Source: Escherichia coli | GTDB taxonomy: Bacteria; Pseudomonadota; Gammaproteobacteria; Enterobacterales; Enterobacteriaceae | Direction: 5' to 3' (one strand) | Assembly (NCBI RefSeq): GCF_051903065.1 | Contig: NZ_CP178438.1 | Length of the DNA: 64,000 bases | Shown: positions 26,002-36,895 of the stretch, piece after piece | Position numbering within the stretch: the first letter of the stretch is position 1 | Layout of the letters: the number at the start of each line of letters is the position of its first letter | The notes under the pieces: model-generated | The model's input: only the letters and a program-made list of their open reading frames with translations | What the model was told of the DNA's origin: nothing | Databases searched by the model: none | Made by a program: the position numbers and the translations under genes

Positions 26002-26070
26002 GGATGCGATGTTGTTGTCGCATCCGGCAAAAAAAACGGGCAAGGTGTCACCACCCTGCCCGTTTTCTTT
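26002..26070. terminator. Bidirectional terminator between hisI and wzzB (two adjacent hairpins)
   Basis: GGATGCGATGTTGTTGTCGCATCC followed by AAAAAAAACGGGCAAGG...CCCTGCCCGTTTTCTTT, with A/T runs on both sides. Confidence 0.75.
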
Positions 26071-26083
26071 AAAACCGAAAAGA

Positions 26084-27064
26084 TTATTTCGCGTTGTAGT
26101 TGCGTAGAGCATTACGCCCCAGCACAATCCCCGCGCCAACCATGCCGCCCAGCAGCATCGCCAGAATCAAGGTGATTGCCTTTTTCGGACTATCGCGACG
26201 AATAGGTAACGTCGGTTTCATCACATAACGGTAAGCATGAATATCAAGATCATCAACTTTTAAGCTTTCGATATCCAGCAGGTTTTGACGAGTCTGATAG
26301 TAGTTTGGCGAGAACACCAACGGACGGGTCGCCTCATGCTTAATCATCGACTCCAGCGCTTCGCTCCCCAAAAGGAACAACGTATCTTGCGTGATATCTT
26401 CGCCAGTCTGTTGAATTTGCGGTTTTGTCACCTGCGCCTGATTCGCATACTGCAACGCTTCCTGAATCTGACGGATACGCAGATCTTTCTGCTCTTGCGC
26501 GACTACTTCCTGAGTTCTTAAAGAGTCCTGCAAGTTTTTCATACGCAGCGCGATGTTGTCTTTCAGGTCTTTTTCCAGCTCTACGTTTACCTGGTCGTCA
26601 ACTTGCTGGATATACTTCGCCAGCTGCTTCTGAGCACCTTCAGGTGTTTCACCAACATAAGACACCGCTAAAGGTAATGACTGATTTTTAACGGTAGGCT
26701 CAATGGTCAGCTTTTCTGCTTCTTCCTGGTTATCCAGCGTTTCCGCTAATGCTGAGAATGCAGTGCTGTAACGTCCGATAAGCGAAGCCTGAATGTCGGA
26801 GACTTTCGGTACAGCCGGACCGTAAATCACATTCATCGCGTTGGTATAACCAGCGATTTGCCCCACATCAGGTTGAGTAACGATAGCTGTGGAAGTCCAC
26901 TTTTCTTTGGCAACGGCCAGATACCCTATAGCCAGGGCAATAGCCACAATGACAGAGATGATAATTGTCATCTTGCCGCGCCACAACTGCACCAGTAAAT
27001 CAATCAAATCAATCTGTTCCGGGTCATGGTTTTGCCCAGAAACATTATTATTTTCTACTCTCAT
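26084..27064 (-). CDS. wzzB: O-antigen chain-length determinant (Wzz, polysaccharide co-polymerase)
   Basis: MRVENNNVSGQNHDPEQIDLIDLLVQLWRGK... with N- and C-terminal TM segments; the track ORF is extended 19 codons. Confidence 0.9.
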   Translation of the reverse strand: MRVENNNVSGQNHDPEQIDLIDLLVQLWRGKMTIIISVIVAIALAIGYLAVAKEKWTSTAIVTQPDVGQIAGYTNAMNVIYGPAVPKVSDIQASLIGRYSTAFSALAETLDNQEEAEKLTIEPTVKNQSLPLAVSYVGETPEGAQKQLAKYIQQVDDQVNVELEKDLKDNIALRMKNLQDSLRTQEVVAQEQKDLRIRQIQEALQYANQAQVTKPQIQQTGEDITQDTLFLLGSEALESMIKHEATRPLVFSPNYYQTRQNLLDIESLKVDDLDIHAYRYVMKPTLPIRRDSPKKAITLILAMLLGGMVGAGIVLGRNALRNYNAK

Positions 27065-27210
27065 CATTACCCTAACGGACGAAATAATTTTAAGTCGCCA
27101 TAGTTTAGCGATAATCGCCATGAATGCTATAGGATAAATGATAAAAATAATGAATTATTACAAAGGGAACATAAGAGAATCAGGGCGAAAATCGCCCTGA
27201 TAACAGGATG

Positions 27211-28377
27211 TTAGTCACTGCCAAAGAGATCGCGGGTGTAGACTTTGTCTGCCACATCCTTAAGCTCTTCTGCCATACGGTTGGAAATAATGACGTCGGC
27301 TTGTTGTTTGAAGGTGGCGAGATCTCGTTCCAGGCGAGAGTTGAAGAATGAGTCTTCTTTCATCACCGGCTCGTATATGATCACTTCAACGCCTTTCGCC
27401 TTGATACGTTTCATAATCCCCTGAATGGAAGACGCACGGAAGTTATCTGACCCGCTCTTCATAATCAGACGATAAATACCCACCACTTGCGGCTTGCGTG
27501 ACAAAATGGCATCGGCAATAAAATCTTTACGTGTGCGGTTAGCATCGACAATTGCCGAAATCAGGTTATTCGGCACAGACTGGTAGTTCGCCAGTAACTG
27601 CTTGGTATCTTTCGGCAGACAATAACCACCATAACCAAACGACGGATTGTTGTAATGGTTGCCAATACGCGGATCGAGACAAACGCCTTCGATAATCTGG
27701 CGAGTATTCAGACCTAAACTTTCTGCATAGCTATCCAGTTCATTAAAGTATGCTACGCGCATCGCCAGATAGGTATTAGCGAAAAGTTTAATCGCTTCTG
27801 CTTCAGTGGAGTCGGTAAACAGTGTAGGGATATTTTGCTTAATCGCGCCTTCCTGTAACAACGCAGCAAAACGTTCTGCGCGTTCTGAACGCTCACCAAT
27901 GACAATACGTGAAGGATGGAGATTATCGTAAAGGGCTTTACCTTCACGGAGAAATTCCGGAGAGAAAATAAGGTTATCGATACCCAGACGTTCTTTAATT
28001 GATTTGGTGAAACCTACCGGAATTGTAGATTTAATCACCATTACCGCGTTGGGATTAATTTCTGTCACATCACGGATGACCGCTTCCACGCTTGAGGTAT
28101 TAAAATAATTTGTTTTCGGATCATAATCGGTAGGCGTGGCAATAATAACGTAATCGGCATTTTTATACGCGTCATACTTATCTGTCGTAGCGCGGAAATT
28201 GAGATCTTTAGTCGCCAGATACTCTTCAATCTCCTTATCAACAATCGGTGACTGCTTCTTGTTAAGCATGTCCACTTTGGCCTGAACGATATCCAGTGCA
28301 ACCACTTCGTGGTTTTGCGCAATCAGAATACCATTTGAAAGACCAACATAACCTGTTCCTGAAATTGTTATTTTCAT
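27211..28377 (-). CDS. ugd: UDP-glucose 6-dehydrogenase
   Basis: [29 protein letters not shown]... Confidence 0.92.
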   Translation of the reverse strand: MKITISGTGYVGLSNGILIAQNHEVVALDIVQAKVDMLNKKQSPIVDKEIEEYLATKDLNFRATTDKYDAYKNADYVIIATPTDYDPKTNYFNTSSVEAVIRDVTEINPNAVMVIKSTIPVGFTKSIKERLGIDNLIFSPEFLREGKALYDNLHPSRIVIGERSERAERFAALLQEGAIKQNIPTLFTDSTEAEAIKLFANTYLAMRVAYFNELDSYAESLGLNTRQIIEGVCLDPRIGNHYNNPSFGYGGYCLPKDTKQLLANYQSVPNNLISAIVDANRTRKDFIADAILSRKPQVVGIYRLIMKSGSDNFRASSIQGIMKRIKAKGVEVIIYEPVMKEDSFFNSRLERDLATFKQQADVIISNRMAEELKDVADKVYTRDLFGSD

Positions 28378-28625
28378 TAGCTCTGACTTCTTCCGGTTAA
28401 ACATTTAGAGTGGTCATTAATCCACCACCACAGCTTCATCTACTGCGGGATTTTTAACGCTGATGTAGATGAACTGTCAAGGCAGCGATCCTGCTGTGCG
28501 ACTCTGTATTATATCGCTTTTTTAACCATTAATTATAAAAAAAGGCCATAACCTGCCGCTTTGTATAATAAAAAAGCCCGAAGGGTTTCTCCGGGCCTTG
28601 CATTGATTAATTGATTTAAATCAGA

Positions 28626-30032
28626 TTAATCCAGCCATTCGGTATGGAACACACCTTCTTTATCAATGCGCTTATAAGTATGTGCACCGAAATAGTCACG
28701 CTGTGCCTGGATCAGGTTCGCAGGCAGAACTGCGGCGCGGTAGCTGTCATAATAGGCAACCGCAGCGGCGAAGGTCGGAACCGGGATACCGTTCTGTACC
28801 GCATAAGCGACGACATCGCGCAGCGCCTGCTGGTAGTCATCGGCAATTTGCTTGAAGTACGGAGCCAGCAGCAGGTTAGCGATCTGCGGATTTTCGGCGT
28901 ATGCATCGGTGATTTTCTGCAGGAACTGCGCACGGATGATGCAACCAGCACGGAAAATCTTCGCGATTTCGCCGTAGTTCAGATCCCAGTTGTACTCTTC
29001 AGACGCAGCACGCAGCTGAGAGAAGCCCTGAGCGTAAGAAACGATTTTGCCCAGATACAGCGCACGACGAACTTTTTCGATGAACTCAGCCTTGTCGCCT
29101 GCTGGCTGTGCTTGCGGGCCAGAGAGAACTTTAGATGCGGCAACACGCTGATCTTTCAGAGAAGAGATATAACGTGCAAACACAGACTCGGTAATCAGCG
29201 ACAGCGGTTCGCCGAGATCCAGTGCGCTCTGGCTGGTCCATTTACCGGTACCTTTGTTAGCCGCTTCATCCAGGATCACATCAACCAGGTAGTTACCGTC
29301 TTCATCTTTTTTGGTGAAGATATCTTTGGTGATGTCGATCAGGTAGCTGCTCAGTTCACCGTTATTCCACTCGGTAAAGGTCTGCGCCAGTTCTTCGTTG
29401 GTGAGGTTCAGGCCACCTTTAAGCAGAGAATAGGCTTCAGCAATCAGCTGCATATCGCCGTATTCAATACCGTTGTGAACCATCTTCACATAGTGACCTG
29501 CACCATCGGCACCAATATAGGTAACGCATGGCTCACCGTCTTCAGCTACTGCGGCGATTTTGGTCAGGATCGGTGCAACCAGTTCATAGGCTTCTTTCTG
29601 CCCACCAGGCATAATGGAAGGACCTTTCAGCGCACCTTCTTCACCGCCGGAAACACCGGTACCAATGAAGTTAAAGCCTTCTGCAGAAAGCTCACGGTTA
29701 CGACGAATGGTGTCCTGGAAGAAGGTGTTACCGCCATCAATGATGATGTCACCTTTATCGAGATATGGTTTGAGGGAATCAATAGCAGCATCCGTGCCTG
29801 CACCTGCTTTCACCATTAACAGGATGCGACGAGGCGTTTCCAGAGATTCAACAAACTCTTTCACCGTATAGTAAGGAACCAGTTTCTTGCCTGGATTTTC
29901 GGCAATCACTTCTTCCGTTTTCTCACGGGAACGGTTGAAAATAGAGACGGTATAACCACGGCTTTCGATGTTGAGCGCAAGGTTGCGCCCCATCACTGCC
30001 ATACCGACGACGCCGATCTGTTGCTTTGACAT
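28626..30032 (-). CDS. gnd: 6-phosphogluconate dehydrogenase (decarboxylating)
   Basis: 468-aa [27 protein letters not shown]... Confidence 0.96.
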   Translation of the reverse strand: MSKQQIGVVGMAVMGRNLALNIESRGYTVSIFNRSREKTEEVIAENPGKKLVPYYTVKEFVESLETPRRILLMVKAGAGTDAAIDSLKPYLDKGDIIIDGGNTFFQDTIRRNRELSAEGFNFIGTGVSGGEEGALKGPSIMPGGQKEAYELVAPILTKIAAVAEDGEPCVTYIGADGAGHYVKMVHNGIEYGDMQLIAEAYSLLKGGLNLTNEELAQTFTEWNNGELSSYLIDITKDIFTKKDEDGNYLVDVILDEAANKGTGKWTSQSALDLGEPLSLITESVFARYISSLKDQRVAASKVLSGPQAQPAGDKAEFIEKVRRALYLGKIVSYAQGFSQLRAASEEYNWDLNYGEIAKIFRAGCIIRAQFLQKITDAYAENPQIANLLLAPYFKQIADDYQQALRDVVAYAVQNGIPVPTFAAAVAYYDSYRAAVLPANLIQAQRDYFGAHTYKRIDKEGVFHTEWLD

Positions 30033-30169
30033 TGTTTACTCCTGTCAGGGGGTTACCGCGGGATTTGACGGTTAAAAAGGATAACAGATATAAAATAAGA
30101 CATGCAATAAATGAATGATAGACTCAATTATTATCAATGTTTTAAAATTAAACAAATAGAGTTAAACTC

Positions 30170-30916
30170 TTAAGCGTGTTTTCTTAATGCACGCTGGATA
30201 TAATGCAGAAAATAATACATTGCCTTTACATATCCAAAACCAAGATAATAACGGTAAAACTCCCATTGCGATTTTATTATTTTTATCTTATTCGATGATA
30301 AACTTAAATGACCTTCGCGATAAAATGCTAGGTTTTTATTTAGGCAGTGGGCATAATCTATTTTTTGCAGGATTATTAGCCATAATGCCATATCTTGACG
30401 CTTTCGTATGAGTGGCATATATACTTTACCCACAACTTCCGTGTCATAAATTGCAGTAAGGCATCCGATAACATTGGATTTCAGTAAAGAAGAAAAATCG
30501 ACTTTTGATGGGGGCAGAATATCTTTTTTAATATTACCATATGCATCAATTTTACTATATGCAGTATAAGTAAGGGCGTAGCCATTCATAATCATATAAT
30601 TAATCTGCTCTTTTAGTTTATCGGGTGCCCATAGATCATCACTATCTAAAAAAGCCAAAAATCGTCCACTAGACTCTTTTATTGAGTTGTTTCTTGCTGC
30701 GCCTGCGCCTTTATTTTTATCTGAAACAAAAAGTTTTATCCTGTCATCTTGCTCAACAAATTCTTTAACTATCTGACAAGTTCTATCTGTTGAGCAGTCA
30801 TCAGTAATTAACAACTCCCAATTAGAATATGTTTGTTCTATTACCGATTTTATACTTTCCTTAATTGTGAATTCAGAATTATAACTGGGCATAATAATTG
30901 ACACAAGATAATCCAT
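30170..30916 (-). CDS. O-antigen glycosyltransferase, GT2 family
   Basis: 248 aa, IIMPSYNSEFTIKESIKSVIEQTYSNWELLITDDCSTD (GT-A fold, DxD); AT-rich. Confidence 0.75.
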   Translation of the reverse strand: MDYLVSIIMPSYNSEFTIKESIKSVIEQTYSNWELLITDDCSTDRTCQIVKEFVEQDDRIKLFVSDKNKGAGAARNNSIKESSGRFLAFLDSDDLWAPDKLKEQINYMIMNGYALTYTAYSKIDAYGNIKKDILPPSKVDFSSLLKSNVIGCLTAIYDTEVVGKVYMPLIRKRQDMALWLIILQKIDYAHCLNKNLAFYREGHLSLSSNKIKIIKSQWEFYRYYLGFGYVKAMYYFLHYIQRALRKHA

Positions 30917-30918
30917 TA

Positions 30919-31950
30919 TTATTTCCTCCCTTTATTTTGATCGTAGCCTTTCGGGTTTTTTATTTGCCAATTCCAAGAATCTCGTAGCATATCCTCTAAA
31001 TTTAATTTGGCTGACCAACCGAGTTCATTGAAGGCTAACATTGGATCAGACCAACATTCTGCTATATCTCCATCTCGCCTTGATATAACACACTTATTTA
31101 TTTTTCTAGCTATAATTCTCTCGAAAGTATCAACCAACTCTAATACTGAATATCCTTTACCTGTACCTAAATTATATATCCTGATAGAATTTTCTTTAAA
31201 CTCTGCATTCAAAGCAGCAATATGTCCATCGGCAAGATCCATAACATGAATAAAATCCCGAACTCCATATCCGTCCCTGGTAGGATAATCATTCCCAAAT
31301 ATTTTCAATGAATCTAATTCGCCTATAGCAACCTTAGTGAGATATGGTACAAGATTATTAGGAATCCCATTCGGAGCCTCACCTATCATTCCACTGGGAT
31401 GTGCTCCTACCGGATTAAAGTATCGTAATGAAATAATATCAAAACCATAATTTGCTTTCGCAAAATCACAAAGGATTTGTTCTGCCATTAATTTCGAAGT
31501 GCCATAAGGATTTGTTGTACCACCTACTTTACATTTTTCATTTAATGGAATTTGTTCAGGCTCACCATAAACCGTTGCAGAAGAACTAAAAATAATTTTC
31601 TTGGCTTTGCTATTTATCATAGCACTAAGGACACTAATTGTTCCCTGAACATTATTATTATAATATTCAAGAGGCCTACTGATTGACTCAGAAACAGATT
31701 TCAACCCAGCAAAATGAATGACCGCATCAATATCTTTATTAATAATTACTTCGTGTAATAATTCTGTGTTAAGTATATCCATTTCGATAAAGCAAATGCT
31801 TTTTTGCGTGATATTCTCTACACGCTTAATTACCTCAGATGAAGAATTAACCAAATTATCCACAACAGTAATTTCATTTTCATTTTCTAATAAGCGAAGT
31901 ACCGTATGCGAACCAATATAACCAGCCCCACCTGTTACTAGGATATTCAT
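30919..31950 (-). CDS. UDP-hexose 4-epimerase (GalE/Gne-like SDR)
   Basis: 343 aa, MNILVTGGAGYIGSHTVLRLL... with GxxGxxG and Y..K (YGTSK) motifs; AT-rich. Confidence 0.8.
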   Translation of the reverse strand: MNILVTGGAGYIGSHTVLRLLENENEITVVDNLVNSSSEVIKRVENITQKSICFIEMDILNTELLHEVIINKDIDAVIHFAGLKSVSESISRPLEYYNNNVQGTISVLSAMINSKAKKIIFSSSATVYGEPEQIPLNEKCKVGGTTNPYGTSKLMAEQILCDFAKANYGFDIISLRYFNPVGAHPSGMIGEAPNGIPNNLVPYLTKVAIGELDSLKIFGNDYPTRDGYGVRDFIHVMDLADGHIAALNAEFKENSIRIYNLGTGKGYSVLELVDTFERIIARKINKCVISRRDGDIAECWSDPMLAFNELGWSAKLNLEDMLRDSWNWQIKNPKGYDQNKGRK

Positions 31951-31951
31951 A

Positions 31952-32638
31952 TTACTCCTTACGATATCGCATGATAATTTTTCTTTTAATTCTCTCTAAA
32001 AAAGAAAGCTTCCAACTTTTAGCCCAATGATGGATAGCATAACAATCTTTTGTTATATATCTATAAAGTAATTGTGATCGTTTGGCACTACCATAAGGGT
32101 TATATGGATAAAAATATTTATCAGAGTATATTGTGATATCTTTAATAGTAGAAATATCTTGTGAATCTATTTTTTTTACACCATGTAAGTCCAAAATATT
32201 TTTTAAAAGAAAAGGAATTGTTTGCATACCATTTGCTTTTATGACAGCTGCTTTTAGCTCTTGGAAAAGCCAAAATTTGGGTTCACAACCCAAAATACCA
32301 CAACTAGGCGTATCAATATCTTCTTCGCCGATAAATGCAATATTTTTTCGCAATGCAGAAATATCCCGTACTAATTCCATATCAGTATCGAGATATATAC
32401 CACCAAAACGATATAATACATCACATCGGATCAAATCTGCAGCAAATGCAAACTTTTTCCTTTGGATCATTTCTTCAACAAAATCATTCTGACCAAATTC
32501 CTTTCTATAAGAATCCTCATTCCATAAATAGCAATCGTAATTTACAGCATGTTCTTTCCACGACTCCATACAATCTAAATATATTTTAGGGATTTCACTT
32601 TTACCAAGCCAAATATAATGAATTATTGCTGGTATCAT
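31952..32638 (-). CDS. O-antigen glycosyltransferase (GT32-like, DXD motif)
   Basis: 228 aa, MIPAIIHYIWLGKSEIP... then ...GGIYLDTDME... Confidence 0.65.
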   Translation of the reverse strand: MIPAIIHYIWLGKSEIPKIYLDCMESWKEHAVNYDCYLWNEDSYRKEFGQNDFVEEMIQRKKFAFAADLIRCDVLYRFGGIYLDTDMELVRDISALRKNIAFIGEEDIDTPSCGILGCEPKFWLFQELKAAVIKANGMQTIPFLLKNILDLHGVKKIDSQDISTIKDITIYSDKYFYPYNPYGSAKRSQLLYRYITKDCYAIHHWAKSWKLSFLERIKRKIIMRYRKE

Positions 32639-33501
32639 AACGATTTTCCTTTAACTTTATTCTTGATTTTTACAAGAAAAAGACATGTAATAAATAAAAC
32701 GAAAACAGTAAATTTTGTCTTTTTCTTTACAACTATTAGATTACTAATATTAAAAATGGGAATAAAATGAAAAACGGTTTGTTTAATGACATTAATACCA
32801 AGACCTTTTAGATTCAAGTTATTGATAACAAAAGCCATCGTGCCATTGATGTTTTTCCGCAAAAGATCAGTATAATTAGAAGTTAAACCTCCTGGTAAAT
32901 ATTCACTATAATAGATGATCTCATTGAAATATTTAAAGTAGCCATTTTCTAAAATTGAATTCCAAACCAATGCCTCAGTTATAAAATTTTCACCATCAAA
33001 AACAGGAAATTGATTTTTAAGTAAAGAATCACGTTTTATGATTAATGCTTTATCTCCCTTTGTACCTGCAAACTTTTCCAGAGAAATATTTTCAATTGTT
33101 TCCGCTTTACCTACAATCTCTTTTGTAGTTTTATACCCCCTCAGGAAAACCATCCCTTTACATTTATCATCAACAATTGCCTGGATTTTTTCATTGGCTA
33201 GAGCAATAGCGTTGGGCGTTAATATATCATCACTATCAACAATAAATATCCAGTTAAACGACGAAATTTCTATCCCTATATTTAAGGCTGTGTGTTTTCC
33301 ACCGTTCTTCTTATATCTATATATGATTTTAAATGGGGATGTCGACGCTATTTTGTCAATAACCTCTTTTAAATTATCAGTAGAACCATCATCAATTATC
33401 ACCCATTCAAAATCATAAGATTGTTGTGACATTAAGGATTCATATAATTCATAGACTAACAAAGCTCGATTGAATACAGGAGTAATTACTGAAATTGACA
33501 T
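32635..33501 (-). CDS. O-antigen glycosyltransferase, GT2 family
   Basis: 288 aa, MSISVITPVFNRALLVYELYESLMSQQSYDFEWVIIDDGSTDN. Confidence 0.75.
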   Translation of the reverse strand: MSISVITPVFNRALLVYELYESLMSQQSYDFEWVIIDDGSTDNLKEVIDKIASTSPFKIIYRYKKNGGKHTALNIGIEISSFNWIFIVDSDDILTPNAIALANEKIQAIVDDKCKGMVFLRGYKTTKEIVGKAETIENISLEKFAGTKGDKALIIKRDSLLKNQFPVFDGENFITEALVWNSILENGYFKYFNEIIYYSEYLPGGLTSNYTDLLRKNINGTMAFVINNLNLKGLGINVIKQTVFHFIPIFNISNLIVVKKKTKFTVFVLFITCLFLVKIKNKVKGKSL

Positions 33502-34793
33502 CTAACCCTTCCAAAATCATTAATCAAACGCCATGGGAAAATAATATACTTCAAACTCTGTAATTGCATTTTAAACATATTTTTAGTTTTTGGTATAAAT
33601 ATAAAAATCAAAAAGTTAGCAATAAAATAAGAAAGCAATGATACAGAAGCAGCGCCAACCGCTCCATATTTTGGTATAACAATGATATTCAAAGTTATAT
33701 TCAAAATTGCAGCAATAATGGTTTTTATCACTTCTAAATTAATATAATTCTTACTAAATAACCATTTAGATGAAAATGATCCTAAAAAAACAAAAACACC
33801 ACTCCACATATGAACCATTAATACTTGCGCCGATAAATCCATATTATCGCCATATAGTATTTTTATAATTATAGGTGACAGAGCAATCATAATAATTGCA
33901 CCATATATAGAGATTACACTTACAACTCCGCATATCCATTTCAAAAAGATAAATGATTCTTCCTCTCCTATTTTTTCAAGCTGAACAATTTTTGGAAAAA
34001 AAGCGTTCGCTATCAAACCTCCACACATAAACCAGATGGCTGATAACCTAAGAGCTGCACTAAATGCCCCAGCCTCTTTTGTACCTGTAAGAGACTCTAA
34101 TAAGATAACATCACACTGTGTAAATAGTGATACACTAATAGTTGATACAATGAGTTTACTCCCCATAAAAAAATACATTTTGACTAATTCTAAATCAATC
34201 GTCCATTTTGCTGAATAAGGGAAATAGAATTTGTATATAGTAAAACTAAAAAGAGCTTGAATTAAATAAAAGAAAACATAAGCATAAAAGACATACCAAC
34301 CAAAATATATACAACACCAAAGATAACCATATGAAACGGCCACACTACTTAGAATTGTGATAGCACGATATTTTGATTCAACCAATGCCGAATAATGAAA
34401 AAATATTACTTTAGCATACAAGCTAAAAAAATTAGCAACGATTAATATCGCCACGAATATAAAAGCGAACGGTATATCATAGTAAAAATAAATAACAATG
34501 GTAATAAAAGCAGATGCATATAATAACAGTCCTAAAAACTGTAAGAATAATGCACATCCAATCTCAGTGCCCGTTGATGATGGATTTTCAACAATTCTTT
34601 TAACTACGACTATATCAATGCCAAATAAAAATAACGATAGTAATATTTGTGAGATATTCATTATCGTTGCCCAACTACCCAAGATATCTAACCCATAGAT
34701 TCTTTTGATAGAAGCAAAAAGTGACAGCTGAAATACCAGCATGAACACTCGGTCACTCAACAACCAAAATAGGTTACTTAAGTATTTTTTCAC
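33486..34793 (-). CDS. wzx: O-antigen flippase (Wzx, MOP superfamily)
   Basis: 435-aa polytopic membrane protein, strongly AT-rich, apparent GTG start. Confidence 0.72.
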   Translation of the reverse strand: MKKYLSNLFWLLSDRVFMLVFQLSLFASIKRIYGLDILGSWATIMNISQILLSLFLFGIDIVVVKRIVENPSSTGTEIGCALFLQFLGLLLYASAFITIVIYFYYDIPFAFIFVAILIVANFFSLYAKVIFFHYSALVESKYRAITILSSVAVSYGYLWCCIYFGWYVFYAYVFFYLIQALFSFTIYKFYFPYSAKWTIDLELVKMYFFMGSKLIVSTISVSLFTQCDVILLESLTGTKEAGAFSAALRLSAIWFMCGGLIANAFFPKIVQLEKIGEEESFIFLKWICGVVSVISIYGAIIMIALSPIIIKILYGDNMDLSAQVLMVHMWSGVFVFLGSFSSKWLFSKNYINLEVIKTIIAAILNITLNIIVIPKYGAVGAASVSLLSYFIANFLIFIFIPKTKNMFKMQLQSLKYIIFPWRLINDFGRVRCQFQ

Positions 34794-34796
34794 GTG

Positions 34797-36023
34797 CTAG
34801 TTACCTTCATTGATATAGTTAACACCTTTATCAATTGCCTCCAATATATAATCAATCATACCATACACACCCTCAGTAAATGGATGATTATTTAGGAAAG
34901 TAAACATGTTATTCCCTAAAGACACATTATACATTAAATACAAAAAAGGCACTAAATTTACTACATATAAACAAATAAGTAGGGCATATTTACTCCTACC
35001 TTTTCTCTCAAAAGCTTTTAGATAAGGTAAAATAAAGTAGGGATAAAAACCAAAAATAATCATACCCAATCTATTCGAAAGTGCTGGGAAAGGTAATAAT
35101 ATTAAGAATAGAAAACACTCCTTACAAAATAAAATCTTATTAAAATCATCACATTTACTTCTCTTCCCTATCATTATAATAAAGCATATATTTACGACTG
35201 TAATGATAATATAATTTAACGGCAAACGTGTGAATTTATCGTTCCCAGAAACTGAAGTGAATTTCGATAATAGCACAGAATAAATTGGCGTATTATAAAC
35301 CACAAAAAACACAACTAAAAGTCCAATAAGAATAGAAAAAACAATTTTTGCATATGAGTATTTTTTTGAACCAAAGATCATATAAACTGCATATATAAAA
35401 ACATTAACAACTGCAGACATGTGAAAAAAAACACTCAATAAAAAAAAGATATATTTTTTAAATGAACGCTCATTTATAGCATACAGAAAAACAACCACAG
35501 ATAAAACCTGTCGAAGAAAATATGATGTAACTTCTATAAATCCTAAGTTAAAAAAGAAAAGCGATAATAAAAAAAGTTTATATTTTTTTTCAACATCTTT
35601 AAGAATCTTGGATAAAAAAAAGACGATCAGAAAATAAGTAGAAAGTAAAAATACTTCATCATTGCCATCTGAAATATACCCAATAAATTTCATGATGGCT
35701 AAAAACATAAATTCCAGCCCATCACCAAATCTTGAATAGCCAAAAACATCAATTAAATTATAATTTAACTCATGGTAAACATGAAGATACTCTGCAATAT
35801 CTCCAAATGGTTTTAGTGTGGAAAAAAAAATAATAATAAACACCAATAGTGCATAAAAATAAAAATTACGCAATACTGGGTGTAACAATGGCGAGAGGGC
35901 ACCAATAAATATCAATACAACAAGAGGGTAAAAGAATGTTGCCAATAATAACAAAGGAATAAAATATACAACACAGTTATTATTTGACAATGAATTTTCA
36001 TTGCTGTTTTTATAAATATTCAT
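34797..36023 (-). CDS. wzy: O-antigen polymerase (Wzy)
   Basis: 408-aa very hydrophobic Phe/Ile/Leu-rich protein with about 10-12 predicted TM segments, typical of Wzy; lowest-GC gene in the window. Confidence 0.68.
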   Translation of the reverse strand: MNIYKNSNENSLSNNNCVVYFIPLLLLATFFYPLVVLIFIGALSPLLHPVLRNFYFYALLVFIIIFFSTLKPFGDIAEYLHVYHELNYNLIDVFGYSRFGDGLEFMFLAIMKFIGYISDGNDEVFLLSTYFLIVFFLSKILKDVEKKYKLFLLSLFFFNLGFIEVTSYFLRQVLSVVVFLYAINERSFKKYIFFLLSVFFHMSAVVNVFIYAVYMIFGSKKYSYAKIVFSILIGLLVVFFVVYNTPIYSVLLSKFTSVSGNDKFTRLPLNYIIITVVNICFIIMIGKRSKCDDFNKILFCKECFLFLILLPFPALSNRLGMIIFGFYPYFILPYLKAFERKGRSKYALLICLYVVNLVPFLYLMYNVSLGNNMFTFLNNHPFTEGVYGMIDYILEAIDKGVNYINEGN

Positions 36024-36825
36024 ATCGGGAATATCCTTTTAGCAGAATAAATAATGCAGCTATTTTTTTAATTCTGCCGCATTTTTTTTTAAAAAGAAAT
36101 TTTTTCACCCAGAATATGAAGATATATAGTAACCCTAAATATCTACCACCACAGCGTACAAAAATAGCACTTCTATCAGATAGGGCATCTGTTTCATTAT
36201 AAATTTTTTTACCAGAACTTTCTATTGGATGCACAGTAATTGTGACAGGTATAAAAATAATATTATTTTTTGTTTTCATAAGATCCGTAACAAAAATCGG
36301 TTCTTCACCCGCTTTATATCTAGCCCCCAATCCGAAACACTCATCAAACCAAACATTACATTCCTGTATTTGATTCACATTAAGGCACATTTCTATTGAA
36401 GAAATGTTAAATGCTGACAATCTATTTAGCCTTTTCCTCATTAGCGGATATTTTTTCCTTAGTCTTCCGTCTTGCGTACAACTTTGAATTTGATAATGAT
36501 ACTTGCCTCTATCTTCGATTATTCTATCTTTTAGTTCATAAAGTCCATTAACAAGGTAAGCGACATCATCATCACTTATAATCATATAATCAACGCTTTT
36601 TTGAAATGCAGTAGCCAATAAAATGTTTCTGCTTTTACTTAACCCTTTACAGTATGTCGTTATTATTATTACATTGTTTTTCTTACAAATATCCCCATAT
36701 TGTTTTTGCTTATCAGTCACTTGATGTGAAATTATTATTAAAAATTCATCTGGTATATTTTTTATTTTTTCCCAAACCTGATTTATTCCATTATTTAATG
36801 TTGATATACCTATAGCTATTTTCAT
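36010..36825 (-). CDS. Putative glycosyltransferase (GT-A like), first gene of the O-antigen operon
   Basis: 271 aa, MKIAIGISTLNNGINQV... with ...MIISDDDVAY... Confidence 0.55.
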   Translation of the reverse strand: MKIAIGISTLNNGINQVWEKIKNIPDEFLIIISHQVTDKQKQYGDICKKNNVIIITTYCKGLSKSRNILLATAFQKSVDYMIISDDDVAYLVNGLYELKDRIIEDRGKYHYQIQSCTQDGRLRKKYPLMRKRLNRLSAFNISSIEMCLNVNQIQECNVWFDECFGLGARYKAGEEPIFVTDLMKTKNNIIFIPVTITVHPIESSGKKIYNETDALSDRSAIFVRCGGRYLGLLYIFIFWVKKFLFKKKCGRIKKIAALFILLKGYSRYEYL

Positions 36826-36854
36826 CTCGGTTATCTATTTTAGACCTATGAATA

Positions 36855-36895
36855 TAAATAACGCTACCGCCCCTGGCTTTACAGCTACCAGAGCA
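36855..36895 (-). promoter_or_regulatory. JUMPstart element with ops (RfaH-dependent antitermination) upstream of the O-antigen operon
   Basis: Plus-strand AACGCTACCGCC is the reverse complement of GGCGGTAGCGTT (ops core GGCGGTAG); surrounding CCCCTGGCTTTACAGCTACCA also occurs upstream of wza. Confidence 0.7.

Noticed and set aside
28644-29819. 391-aa plus-strand ORF antisense to gnd
   Set aside because: It lies entirely inside the strongly supported gnd gene on the opposite strand. Its translation is Arg/Gln/Phe-rich with no recognisable domain, so it is most likely a frame shadow of a highly codon-biased gene.
30170-36825. Low-GC island considered as a possible novel defence or mobile element
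   Set aside because: Every ORF is a glycosyltransferase, epimerase, Wzx or Wzy in the canonical galF-gnd position. There is no integrase, transposase, nuclease or ATPase, and no flanking direct repeats.
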